Assembly: GCA_018242605.1 (NCBI GenBank) | Contig: JAFEBP010000010.1 | Location: forward strand, 54,354 to 118,353 | Direction of reading: 5' to 3' | Length of the DNA: 64,000 nucleotides | Origin: Planctomycetota bacterium | GTDB lineage: Bacteria > Planctomycetota > Phycisphaerae > Phycisphaerales > UBA1924 | Shown: positions 1 through 9,865 of the stretch, piece after piece | Layout of the letters: each line of letters begins with the position of its first letter | Numbering within the stretch: the first letter of the stretch is position 1 | Position numbers and translations under genes: made by a program | The notes under the pieces: model-generated | What the model was told of the DNA's origin: nothing | The model's input: the letters and a program-made list of their open reading frames with translations, nothing else | The model's database searches: none

Positions 1-642
1 GAATCTCTCCAGGCCCCGCTTCCGCCCACCACCAAGGTGCTCATGGCCGTGGGGTTGTGGCTGCGCGAATACTGGTGGGCTTTCGTACCCGCCCTGGGCC
101 TCTCCATCGCGGGTCTGTGCTGGTGGCTCAAAACTCCGGGAGCCAAGGCCGCCGCCGGCGCCGCGATGCTCCGCGCCCCCAAGGTCGGCCCCATCCTCCG
201 CGGATTCAGCACCGCCCGCATTGCCCGCCTGCTGGGCGTGCTACTACAAGCCCGCATCCCGTTGCTCGACGCCCTGCGCCTCACCCGCGAAGCCTGCGGT
301 GTGGGCGCGTACGCAAATCTGCTCGAACGTGCTGAACTCGCCGTCACCCGCGGCCAGGGCCTAGCCGCCGTTCTCCACGAACCCACGCTGGTCGCCCCCG
401 CCGTCAGCGAAGCGCTCGCCAGCGGCGAACGCACCGGCCACGTCGGCGAGGTGCTTGTGCAGGTCGCCGAGTACCTCGACGAGGACAACGACCACGTCAT
501 CAAGTCTCTGGCCAGCATCATCGAACCTCTGGTCCTCACCGTGCTTGGCCTGGTCGTCGGCGTTGTCGCCGTCAGCATGTTCATGCCGCTCTTTGATCTC
601 ACCGCCGCCGGCGCAGGCGCGGGCGGGGGAGGCTCGCCCTGA
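1..642 (+). CDS. GspF/PilC-family platform protein of a type IV pilus / type II secretion-like machine, C-terminal part (5' end lies outside the window)
   Basis: Frame 1 is open from nt 1. The translation shows APLPPTTKVLMAVG (the LPxxT motif after a TM). A T2SSF-type cytoplasmic domain follows (ARIPLLDALRLT...GQGLAAVL...ASGERTGHVGEVL), then a terminal TM (IIEPLVLTVLGLVVGVVAVSMFMPLFDL). The stop overlaps the next start (ATGA). Confidence 0.85.
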   Translation, partial: ESLQAPLPPTTKVLMAVGLWLREYWWAFVPALGLSIAGLCWWLKTPGAKAAAGAAMLRAPKVGPILRGFSTARIARLLGVLLQARIPLLDALRLTREACGVGAYANLLERAELAVTRGQGLAAVLHEPTLVAPAVSEALASGERTGHVGEVLVQVAEYLDEDNDHVIKSLASIIEPLVLTVLGLVVGVVAVSMFMPLFDLTAAGAGAGGGGSP

Positions 643-1688
643 TGTACCACTCATTCACCCCAGTCGGCGTTGATATCAGCGGCGGCAGCGTCAACGCCGT
701 CCAGTTGCGGCGTTCCGGCGACCGCTGGGCCGTCCACGCCGCCGCCACATTCCCGCGTCTCAGCGGCGACGCCACGTCCCAGCAGGAGGCCCCACGCATC
801 GCCCGCGTGCTGCGCCGCCAGTGCTTCCGGGGGGACCGCGTCGCCCTGTGCCTCCCGCAGGAACTCGCGCTCGCCGCCGTGCTCGATCTGCCCCCTGCTT
901 CCTCGGGAGCACCCATCGACCGCATCGCGTGCGCCGAGATGGCACGCATGTTCAAGCGCGACGCCGCCACGCTCGAAACCGCGTGGTGGGAACTTCCCGC
1001 CTCCGCACGCCAGGGCGCGGCCACCCAGTGCATGGCCGTCGCCTGCCCGCACGATCAGAGCGCCCCGCTCCTGGACGCCTTCGAGGCCGCCGGCCTCTGC
1101 GTCACCGCACTGACCCCCCGCGGCATCGCCACCACCCGCGGCTGCGAGCAACTCCTGGCCTCCAGCGGCCCCGCCGTCATCGCGGACATCGGTCTGCTCG
1201 GCAGCACGCTCGCTGCCGTTCACGCAGGCACCATCGTGTACGAACGCTCGCTCGAAGGCTGCGACGTCCGCAAGCTCAGCGAAGACACCGGCAGCGCCCT
1301 GCAACTCAATCCTGCCATCGCCCGCATGGTGCTCGCCGGCAGTCTCGACTCTGCCCAGAGCCCCGAGGCCGCCGCGATCGCCAAGTCCGCGATCGATCGC
1401 CTCGTCGCACAGTTCGCGCGACGCATCGGCGAGCAACTCCGCGTCTCCATCGCGTACGTCGGACACCGTTTCCCGATCCCCGCGCCCCAGACGGTCCTTG
1501 TGACCGGCGAGTTCGCCTCGCTGCCGGGCCTCTCCGCCGCGATCGCCGGCGCCACGCAGATCGCCTGCCGACCCGTGCTGCTGGGCGAAGCGACCACGGT
1601 GCCGCCCGAGTTCGCCCACCTCGCGGCCCAAGGTGGCCTGATCGCGGCACTGGGTCTGGCCAAGACAGCATCGGAGGCCGCATGTTGA
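642..1688 (+). CDS. PilM-like actin-fold pilus assembly protein
   Basis: 348 aa. The N-terminal VGVDISGGSVNAVQL resembles the ASKHA phosphate-1 motif of PilM. It sits between the pilC-like and pilN-like genes, and its start and stop both overlap neighbours. Confidence 0.7.
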   Translation: MYHSFTPVGVDISGGSVNAVQLRRSGDRWAVHAAATFPRLSGDATSQQEAPRIARVLRRQCFRGDRVALCLPQELALAAVLDLPPASSGAPIDRIACAEMARMFKRDAATLETAWWELPASARQGAATQCMAVACPHDQSAPLLDAFEAAGLCVTALTPRGIATTRGCEQLLASSGPAVIADIGLLGSTLAAVHAGTIVYERSLEGCDVRKLSEDTGSALQLNPAIARMVLAGSLDSAQSPEAAAIAKSAIDRLVAQFARRIGEQLRVSIAYVGHRFPIPAPQTVLVTGEFASLPGLSAAIAGATQIACRPVLLGEATTVPPEFAHLAAQGGLIAALGLAKTASEAAC

Positions 1689-2269
1689 GCATCCCGGTCA
1701 ACCTCGTCCCCCGTTCGCGGCGCATCGCCCGCGCCCGCGCCGAACGCACCCGCCGCTGGGCCGTCGGCCTCGCCGCTTACTCGCTGCTCCTCGCCGCCGC
1801 CTGCGGCGTCGCGTTCGCCATGTCCCGCACCAGCGGCGACACCGGTGAATCACGCCTCGCCGCCGTCAGCACCGAGGCCAGGGACCTCGACGCCCGCGTC
1901 AAGGCCCTCCGCGCCCAGGCCGCCGCGCTCAACAGCCAACTCGCCTCCGCGCGGGCTCTGGGCAGCCACCCGGATTGGAGCCTTCTTCTGGAGTTCCTCA
2001 CCTCTCTCCGCACCGACGAGATCTCGTTCGACAGCGTCGCGATCGAATCAAGCCCCACCAACAAGCCCGGTCTCCCCGGTTCCTACTCCCTGCACGTAGA
2101 GGGCATCGGCAAGGACCACCGCACCGTCGCGCAGTTCGCCGTGCGCCTTGAAAAGGCCGGCCTGTTCGACCGCGTCGTCGTCGCCGACACGCGCGCCGTG
2201 GATCAGGACCGCGAGTCCCGCATCGCCTTCCGCATCGATTGCACCCTCTCCGACAAGGCCAAGCCATGA
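1682..2269 (+). CDS. PilN-like inner-membrane pilus assembly protein
   Basis: ATG 1682 overlaps the pilM stop (ATGTTGA). It has a basic N-terminus, a single TM (WAVGLAAYSLLLAAACGVAF), a coiled-coil segment and a PilN-like C-terminal domain. The listed ORF 821..2269 is an upstream in-frame extension that I reject. Confidence 0.65.
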   Translation: MLSIPVNLVPRSRRIARARAERTRRWAVGLAAYSLLLAAACGVAFAMSRTSGDTGESRLAAVSTEARDLDARVKALRAQAAALNSQLASARALGSHPDWSLLLEFLTSLRTDEISFDSVAIESSPTNKPGLPGSYSLHVEGIGKDHRTVAQFAVRLEKAGLFDRVVVADTRAVDQDRESRIAFRIDCTLSDKAKP

Positions 2270-2886
2270 GCGCCGCCAGACCCCAACCACACGACTCCGC
2301 CCGCCTCTGGGCCATCGACGCCGCGGGCTTCGGCGCGGCGGTCCTGCTCACCTCCGCCGCCGCGTTCGCTTCCCTGCGCCCGCTCTTGGACCAGCGCGAG
2401 CAGACACGCGCCACCCAGCAGAGCCTGCACGACGAACGCGAACGCGCCGACCGCCTCCGCGCCGACCGCAAGGCCCTGGACGCGCGGATCGCCCGCTTCC
2501 AGTCCGATCTCGCCGCCGACAACTGGAAACCAGAGCCAATCTCCCAACTCAACGAGCGCTTGTCGCGCCTCACCGAATCGGCCGTTTCCAGCGGCCTCAC
2601 CGTCGGCCAGCTCACGCCCGGCGCCCCGGCCGCGCAACCCAAGGTCACCGCCGTGCCGATCCGCCTCTCCGCCCGCGGCACCTACAAAGCCTGCCACGCT
2701 TTTCTCTCCGCCTTGAACGATCAGTTCCGCGACACCGCGACGCTCGCCGTCCGCTTATCGGCTCAGACCCAGGGAGCGCAGCGGGACGTTGAATTCCAGG
2801 CCGAACTGCGCTGGTACGCCGCGCCACCCTCACCACCCTCATCACCCTCATCACCCGCGCCGCCGGCACAACCGGCCAGAAAATAG
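2266..2886 (+). CDS. PilO-like pilus assembly protein with Pro/Ser-rich tail
   Basis: ATG 2266 overlaps the pilN stop (ATGA). It has one TM (GFGAAVLLTSAAAFASL), a coiled coil rich in R/D/E, and a C-terminal alpha/beta domain. Its position after pilN supports the call. Confidence 0.55.
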   Translation: MSAARPQPHDSARLWAIDAAGFGAAVLLTSAAAFASLRPLLDQREQTRATQQSLHDERERADRLRADRKALDARIARFQSDLAADNWKPEPISQLNERLSRLTESAVSSGLTVGQLTPGAPAAQPKVTAVPIRLSARGTYKACHAFLSALNDQFRDTATLAVRLSAQTQGAQRDVEFQAELRWYAAPPSPPSSPSSPAPPAQPARK

Positions 2887-2933
2887 CGACCGGCCCCTTG
2901 CCGCCCCCGCACCTGAATTGGACACTTGCGGGC

Positions 2934-3467
2934 ATGGCGTGGAACCCTCAACGCAAGGCGTACGTGTCGGTGCTGGCCCTCGCCGGCGCCGCCCTCATCG
3001 TGGACCGTTTCTTCCTCGGCGCCTCCGCCGTCAGCGGCCCCGCCCCTGCCGCCGCGTCGCAGGAGTTCGCGTTGCCGCAGCGCACCGCGGCCGAGAAGGC
3101 CCAGCAACCGCTCAAGGACGAACCCATCGCCGGGGACTTGGCCGCCCGCCTGGAGGCCCTGCGCCAACCCGGTGACACCGGCGACCTGTTCTACTGCGGT
3201 TTCGCGCCCCCGCGTGCAGAGCTCGACGCCCCCGCCCCCGTGGAGACCACTCCCGCGTTTGATAAGGACGCGTTCATCACCGCGCACCCGCTCAGCGCCG
3301 TCATGCGCGGGAGCGGCGGTTCGCTGGCCGTCATCGGCAAGCGCGTCCTGCGCGTCGGCGACACGCTCGACGGCCTCACACTCGTCCGTATCGAGAATCA
3401 GTCGGCCGTGTTCGAGGGCGCGGGCACCCCGGTGGTAATCACGGTTGGTCGCGCCGATCCCCGATAA
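2934..3467 (+). CDS. PilP/GspC-like periplasmic assembly protein (hypothetical)
   Basis: N-terminal TM (YVSVLALAGAALIV). The C-terminal beta-domain pattern AVIGKRVLRVGDTLDGLTLVRIENQSAVFE resembles PilP/GspC HR domains. The start is uncertain (TTG 2898 or ATG 2934). Confidence 0.45.
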   Translation: MAWNPQRKAYVSVLALAGAALIVDRFFLGASAVSGPAPAAASQEFALPQRTAAEKAQQPLKDEPIAGDLAARLEALRQPGDTGDLFYCGFAPPRAELDAPAPVETTPAFDKDAFITAHPLSAVMRGSGGSLAVIGKRVLRVGDTLDGLTLVRIENQSAVFEGAGTPVVITVGRADPR

Positions 3468-3610
3468 CCGCCCCGATTTGTCGGCACAGGTGACCCATCC
3501 GGATGCGACACGCCGCCTTGCGTGAAGTCGCGAGCACGCGCCGTCGATAGGTTTTCCGTCCGCGCGGTGCGCGGCCTCACAAGAAATCCTTCTCACGGAG
3601 TGTGGAGCAT

Positions 3611-4093
3611 ATGTTGAACGTCCTTCGTCACCGTCGCGGTGCATTCAGCCTCATCGAACTCGTCATCGTCGTCCTCATCATCGGGATCCTCGCCGCCATC
3701 GCGGTGCCCAAGATGAGCCGCGGCGCCGCCGCCGCCGCCGACTCGGCGCTGCAGAGCAACCTCGCCACCATCCGCAGTGCGCTCGAACTCTTCCAGACCG
3801 AGCACGCCGGCGTGTACCCCGCCCTCGCGGACCTCGACAACGCCCTCACCCAGTACTCCGATGCCGGCGCCACCAAGTACGGCGCCAAGGACACCGCCGC
3901 CGGCGTCATCTACGGCCCCTACCTCCGCAAGGTCCCGCCGCTCCCCGTCGGCGCCGACCGCGGCAAGACTTCCTTCATCGGCTCCATCACCGCCGGCAAC
4001 GGCTGGGTCTACGACGCCACCACCGGCAGCATCAAGGCCAACTGCCCCGACGCCGAAGTCGATGCCCGCGGCGTCAAGTACAACACCTACTGA
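3611..4093 (+). CDS. Prepilin-type (type IV pilin / pseudopilin) protein
   Basis: Short basic leader MLNVLRHRRG followed by AFSLIELVIVVLIIGILAAIAVP, the class III signal peptide with Glu5 and hydrophobic helix. GGAG motifs lie 3 and 10 nt upstream of ATG 3611. A strong terminator follows. Confidence 0.85.
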   Translation: MLNVLRHRRGAFSLIELVIVVLIIGILAAIAVPKMSRGAAAAADSALQSNLATIRSALELFQTEHAGVYPALADLDNALTQYSDAGATKYGAKDTAAGVIYGPYLRKVPPLPVGADRGKTSFIGSITAGNGWVYDATTGSIKANCPDAEVDARGVKYNTY

Positions 4094-4121
4094 TCCGGAT
4101 CCTCCTGCTCGCTACTCGAAA

Positions 4122-4156
4122 GGCCGCCCCTCCCCGGGGCGGCCTTTTTCGTTTTT
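4122..4156 (+). terminator. Rho-independent terminator after the pilin gene
   Basis: GGCCGCCCC (4122-4130) pairs with GGGGCGGCC (4136-4144) around loop TCCCC, followed by TTTTTCGTTTTT. Confidence 0.85.
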
Positions 4157-4260
4157 GCTCCCCGCCGGAAACCCCCCTCCGCGCTGGCATTCGCCCCGGG
4201 AAAGTTCTACCCTGTGGCGAGGTCTTTTGTAACGGTTTCAATATACAGAGAGCTATACAG

Positions 4261-5856
<1,596 letters not shown>

Positions 5857-5890
5857 TCTCACCCGCCCGATCTCCCGGAGCCCTCCTCAC

Positions 5891-5918
5891 GGGCGCTGAC
5901 AGCCCCCTGTCAGCGCCC
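5891..5918 (+). terminator. Terminator-like hairpin downstream of pckA
   Basis: 12-bp perfect stem, GGGCGCTGACAG (5891-5902) pairing with CTGTCAGCGCCC (5907-5918), loop CCCC. The following U-tract is weak (GCTGTTCATT). Confidence 0.5.
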
Positions 5919-5979
5919 GCTGTTCATTCCCGGCGTACACGCCGCCCGCCCGAGGGCATCCGCCGTCCCTCACCCGCTG

Positions 5980-5985
5980 TATACT
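5980..5985 (+). promoter_or_regulatory. -10-like box (TATACT) 5 nt upstream of ATG 5991
   Basis: Member of the recurrent TAnnnT-short spacer-start pattern described in the leaderless finding. No SD is present. Confidence 0.4.
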
Positions 5986-5990
5986 TGTGC

Positions 5991-6230
5991 ATGACGATGC
6001 CCTCCGCACTCCGCCGCGCCGCGATCGCCTGCACGCTGGCACTACCCCTCTTCGCCGCCCCGGCGCACGCGCAGCCCCCGGCGCCCGGTGGCCCTCAGCC
6101 CCTCCGCCCGCCCACGCCGGGCAAGCCTGATGAGCCCCCGATCATCATGAACTACCTCTCGCTCTTCGTCATCATCGCCACCGTCGTGGGCGCCAACCTC
6201 ATCCCCAGCAAGCGCGGCCACCAGGACTGA
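5991..6230 (+). CDS. Small exported Pro-rich protein with C-terminal membrane anchor (hypothetical)
   Basis: Signal peptide MTMPSALRRAAIACTLALPLFAAPAHA. A Pro-rich linker follows, then the C-terminal TM YLSLFVIIATVVGANLI and KRGHQD. The track start TTG 5985 is less likely than ATG 5991. Confidence 0.5.
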   Translation: MTMPSALRRAAIACTLALPLFAAPAHAQPPAPGGPQPLRPPTPGKPDEPPIIMNYLSLFVIIATVVGANLIPSKRGHQD

Positions 6231-6252
6231 TCCCACCGACGCGAGAGCCCCC

Positions 6253-6570
6253 ATGCGAGAACTACTGCGCTCCAACCGCGCCCTGGTGCTGCTGAACCTG
6301 GGGCTGCTATGCGCTCTGACCTGGCTCGCCCTCTCCCACTCCGCCCGCGCCCAGAACGCGGCGCCCAAGGCAGAGAACACCGGCCGCCCCCGCGGCGACT
6401 ACACCATGGTCAGCGGACGCGTCAGCGCGGGCGGCTCCGACGCCATCTACATCCTCGATACCAACAACCAGGAACTCGTCGCCCTTCGCTGGGACACCGC
6501 CAAGCAATCCCTCGCCGGCATCGGCTTTCGTGACTTGAACGCCGACGGCAAGCTCGCCCCCGGCCGCTAA
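6253..6570 (+). CDS. Small membrane-anchored hypothetical protein (paralog A)
   Basis: N-terminal TM/signal anchor ALVLLNLGLLCALTWLAL. Its C-terminal domain shares a pattern with the next gene (MVSGR...ILD..NQELV..R). Confidence 0.5.
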   Translation: MRELLRSNRALVLLNLGLLCALTWLALSHSARAQNAAPKAENTGRPRGDYTMVSGRVSAGGSDAIYILDTNNQELVALRWDTAKQSLAGIGFRDLNADGKLAPGR

Positions 6571-6600
6571 CCCCCACCCCAGCCCGCCGGACACACCGTA

Positions 6601-6954
6601 GTGGACACACCCGCCCAACAACCCCTCCGCCCCACCCCGGCCGCCGATCCCCGGCGCACCGCGCTCTGGGCCAGCGCCGCCATCCTGGGCGGCTTGCTCG
6701 CCGTCCAGCTCCTCGCCGCGGCACCGCCCCTGGGCGGCGGAGGCGGCGCCAGCGGCGGTATGGTCTCGCAGCGGGGCGCCCACACCATCCTCACCGCCGA
6801 CGCCAACAACGAGGACATCACCCTCGTCCTGGACGGCCGCACCGAGCAGCTCTTCGTCTACCGCACGAACACGCAGTCGGGCATCCAGATGTTCCAGAAG
6901 CTCAACCTGCCCACCGTCTTCGCCGACGCCAAGGCCCGCTCCTTCGGCAAGTGA
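6601..6954 (+). CDS. Small membrane-anchored hypothetical protein (paralog B)
   Basis: GTG start. TM is ALWASAAILGGLLAVQLLAAA. The domain MVSQRGAHTILTADANNEDITLVLDGRTEQLFVYR parallels the domain of the upstream gene. Confidence 0.5.
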   Translation: MDTPAQQPLRPTPAADPRRTALWASAAILGGLLAVQLLAAAPPLGGGGGASGGMVSQRGAHTILTADANNEDITLVLDGRTEQLFVYRTNTQSGIQMFQKLNLPTVFADAKARSFGK

Positions 6955-6969
6955 GCCTCCCGCCGCGGC

Positions 6970-8016
6970 TTAGAAATCAAGCCCCAGCAGCGCGAAGTAC
7001 TCCAGGTCGTTGCGCTTAAACCCCGCGCCAGGATCGCTGTTGTACCGATCCTCCAGCCCCATATTGAAACTCAGGTTGGAGGTGGGATCAATGATGAGTT
7101 TGTACCCCGCCTTGGTGTTGACGCGGTACTCCGACAGGTCATCGAGGCTCGGCAGCACTTCGCACGTCACCAGCACGCTCTGCGTCTTCGAGAACTTGTA
7201 CTCAAAGTCCAGCCCCGCCAGCCCCTCGGGCACCGGCCCGGCCTGCGTGCCGCCGATCTCCTCCGTGATCCCCGCGCCCACCCGCCCGCGGAAGGTCATC
7301 GCGTCGGACTTCACGAACGTGTAGCTGGGGCCGCCGAACCCCGAGAGCCGCCAATCCCAATCCTGAAACTGGTCGTACTCCGCACGCCCCTTGGCGAACA
7401 GGCCCAGCGGCGAGTTTCGGAACAGCCAGTCGTTCAGGATGTTCGCCTCCGCGCGATCCTTGGAGACCGTGCCCTCGTCCGTCGCGTACGTGTACACGAT
7501 CCCCGCCCGCGTCTCCATCAACTCCGCGATCCGCGAGGCGCCCGCACCCGCACGCACGCTCAGCGTGTCGGTGTTGCCGTCCGACCCGTTCGCGCCCAGC
7601 GCGACATTCCCGCGCCACCCTTCAATGAAAGAGGCCGTGTTGAGCCGAACCCGCTCGGACTCTGCTTCCTTCTGCTTCTTGAACTCCGCCTCCACCCGCG
7701 CCACCGCCGCCTCCTTGGCCTTGGCGAGTTCGTGCGCCTCGTCCATCACCGGCTCCGCGGGCGGCTCCGCCGCTCCCTGGCCCGCCTCCGAACCCGCCGC
7801 CGGCGGCGGACTCACCGACACCACCGTCACGCTCTCCCGCGGCAGCGTCAGCGTCCCCAGCACCGGGTGCGTGAACCGCACCGATGTCTCCGTGACACAC
7901 ACGCCCGACACCGTGAGCACTTCGCCCGTCGACAGCCGCACCTCATCCCCCGCCGCCGCCGATACGAGCGCCGCCACCAGCGCCGCGACAACCCGCCGCG
8001 AACGCCTCCGCACCAT
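6970..8016 (-). CDS. DUF481-like outer-membrane beta-barrel protein
   Basis: Signal peptide MVRRRSRRVVAALVAALVSAAAG. The C-terminal half has an alternating beta-strand pattern and DUF481-like segments (NDWLFRNSPLGLFAKGRAEYDQF, NMGLEDRYNSDP). The terminal ...FALLGLDF ends in an aromatic residue. Confidence 0.65.
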   Translation of the reverse strand: MVRRRSRRVVAALVAALVSAAAGDEVRLSTGEVLTVSGVCVTETSVRFTHPVLGTLTLPRESVTVVSVSPPPAAGSEAGQGAAEPPAEPVMDEAHELAKAKEAAVARVEAEFKKQKEAESERVRLNTASFIEGWRGNVALGANGSDGNTDTLSVRAGAGASRIAELMETRAGIVYTYATDEGTVSKDRAEANILNDWLFRNSPLGLFAKGRAEYDQFQDWDWRLSGFGGPSYTFVKSDAMTFRGRVGAGITEEIGGTQAGPVPEGLAGLDFEYKFSKTQSVLVTCEVLPSLDDLSEYRVNTKAGYKLIIDPTSNLSFNMGLEDRYNSDPGAGFKRNDLEYFALLGLDF

Positions 8017-8218
8017 CGAATCGTCAATGAGGAACACACGCACTCCCGGGATGGAGAACAACCGTTCAACGCGCACACACCGTCCGCGTGGATTTTGGGG
8101 GCGCGATGGTAGCGGCGAGGCACGCGCAATCCACCGATCGCCCGGCCGATCTGCACCCGGCAACCGCCACGCTGCTCGCAACGCTCACAGCAGGCGACTG
8201 AACTTCACGAGCCCCCTG

Positions 8219-9475
8219 CTACGCGCATCCACCCCGCTCCCACACGTTGAAGAAATACGAAACATCCGCTCCGTCCACGCCGCCATCCTCGTTAACGTCT
8301 CCGTTCGCCGCACCCGACTCCCACGTAGCGAAGAACGCCTGAACATCCTGACCGTCGATCCCGCCATTTCGATCAAAATCGGCTGGGCATGGAGCGCCGA
8401 CCTTCGCAACAAAACCCTTTGTCTGTCCTTCAGGCGTGAGACCAACGCCACAAAATGTCTTTCCATCGCCGGAGACGGCATCAACCTGGAACATTCGCCA
8501 CCCAACCGGCACCACAACTCCGTGCTCGTAAAAATAATCCGCCGCATATCGCATTCCTGCGTTCGGCGTCCAAATCATGGCTCCAGAGGTCGCCTCGTTG
8601 ATGCTCCCCGCCCGTCCAGCAACCACCTGGCCGTCGTCCGAAGTACAGAATGCAATATACGTAGTATGTGTGCCTACTGAGCCGAGGTCGGTAGGAACAC
8701 GCTGGGCGTTCCACATGACCGCCCGATTGCCGTTGGCGCCTGAGTAGAATCCGACGATCACTGTCCCGTTTGCGTTGACGCCGTTAACGGTGTGAAAGTT
8801 TGATCCGGGAACCGACAATACCCTCATGCCCGTGCTCTGCTTCCAGACGAAGCCAACCTGTACACCGCTGCCCGTGCTCGACGAGTTTCCCACAATGGTC
8901 GTGCCGTCTCGGCTGATCGCGCTGGCAGAACTGTAGTTGTCACCGCTGCGGGCGAACCCAAGCCCCTGAACTCCGGTGGCGGCGCTCCATCGGAACGCCT
9001 GGTATGAATACGGCACCGGCGGGCGAAAGCAGTCGCCGACCACGATCAGCCCGCTCCCGCTGACAGCATGCGGGGAGGAATACAGATAGCCGCTCAGCAC
9101 GGGCAACTGAACGGCCGCATCCGCGCCGTGCTGCACAAAGGACATTGACCCCGTCGCGAAGAAGGTTGATGTGTGGCTTCCGATGACAGTTTGGCCATCG
9201 GATGAAACGCCGACCAACACCGGGTAGGCGAGCACACCGGCGGCCGCGTAACGAACCGGGCCCGTGTCCTGCGTCCAGATGTAAGAATCATGGACTTGCG
9301 CCGTGTACCCGTACCAATAACCCACAGCCGTGTCGCCCGTTTGGGATAACGCCAATGCGTACGACTGCGTCGCTCCGGGTATCAGATCGATCGCGTAGAA
9401 GCCCGGCTCGGTCGCGGATGCACCTCCGCACAGCAGCATGCCCCCGAGAAGCGACCGCATCATGGCCCTGTTCAT
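8219..9475 (-). CDS. Secreted HAF-type repeat protein with C-terminal tandem EF-hand/dockerin-like module ending GGCA
   Basis: Signal peptide MNRAMMRSLLGGMLLCGGASA. About 7 repeats of the S.DG.T.VG type are present (LSQTGDTAVGY, VSSDGQTVIGS, ISRDGTTIVGN, VNANGTVIVGF, TSDDGQVVAGR, VSGDGKTFCGV). The tail is CPADFDRNGGIDGQDVQAFFATWE...DVNEDGGVDGADVSYFFNVWERGGCA. GGAGG lies 7 nt upstream of the ATG. Confidence 0.7.
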   Translation of the reverse strand: MNRAMMRSLLGGMLLCGGASATEPGFYAIDLIPGATQSYALALSQTGDTAVGYWYGYTAQVHDSYIWTQDTGPVRYAAAGVLAYPVLVGVSSDGQTVIGSHTSTFFATGSMSFVQHGADAAVQLPVLSGYLYSSPHAVSGSGLIVVGDCFRPPVPYSYQAFRWSAATGVQGLGFARSGDNYSSASAISRDGTTIVGNSSSTGSGVQVGFVWKQSTGMRVLSVPGSNFHTVNGVNANGTVIVGFYSGANGNRAVMWNAQRVPTDLGSVGTHTTYIAFCTSDDGQVVAGRAGSINEATSGAMIWTPNAGMRYAADYFYEHGVVVPVGWRMFQVDAVSGDGKTFCGVGLTPEGQTKGFVAKVGAPCPADFDRNGGIDGQDVQAFFATWESGAANGDVNEDGGVDGADVSYFFNVWERGGCA

Positions 9476-9865
9476 ACGCTGTCCTCCGAAACCCAGTGGC
9501 ACTTCGGTCCGCTCAATCGTCCGAGAACGGACCGCCGCGACGCGTGCGATGAACTGCCGCGGGTGAGGAATTATACGGCAACCCAAGCCACTTGTTTCGG
9601 CCTAGACAACATTGTTATCCAGATATCGAAGATAGCATGACCGTTCTGCCGGTGCTCCGCTACAGCACGCGGCGTTGCGTCTGAGAATCAATCAAATTGA
9701 CGGGATCAGTGGCCCGAATCTACAGAGTGTCCCCCGACCCCACGCTCGCGCCGAGCGCCTTTCTACAGTCGAATCATACCGGACGCCGCTGGATTCCAGC
9801 AAGCCCCTCCCAGCGATCACCCCGACCGCAGCACGCGATCGCACGGATGCTCGTTCGTTCCCCGC

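Noticed and set aside
3468-3601. Sigma54-type promoter upstream of the pilin gene (GGCAC...TTGC-like pieces).
   Set aside because: I could not align a GG-N10-GC element with correct spacing, so the match is too weak to report.
4227-4259. Attempt to define a canonical -35/-10 pair for pckA (TTGTAA, two TATACA boxes).
   Set aside because: The spacings are 9 or 21 nt, so no combination gives a proper sigma70 geometry. Only the general AT-rich character is clear.
9603-9640. Near-palindrome ACAACATTGTTAT in the AT-rich spacer between the HAF gene and phoH2.
   Set aside because: It is imperfect and isolated, with no second copy or adjacent regulator.
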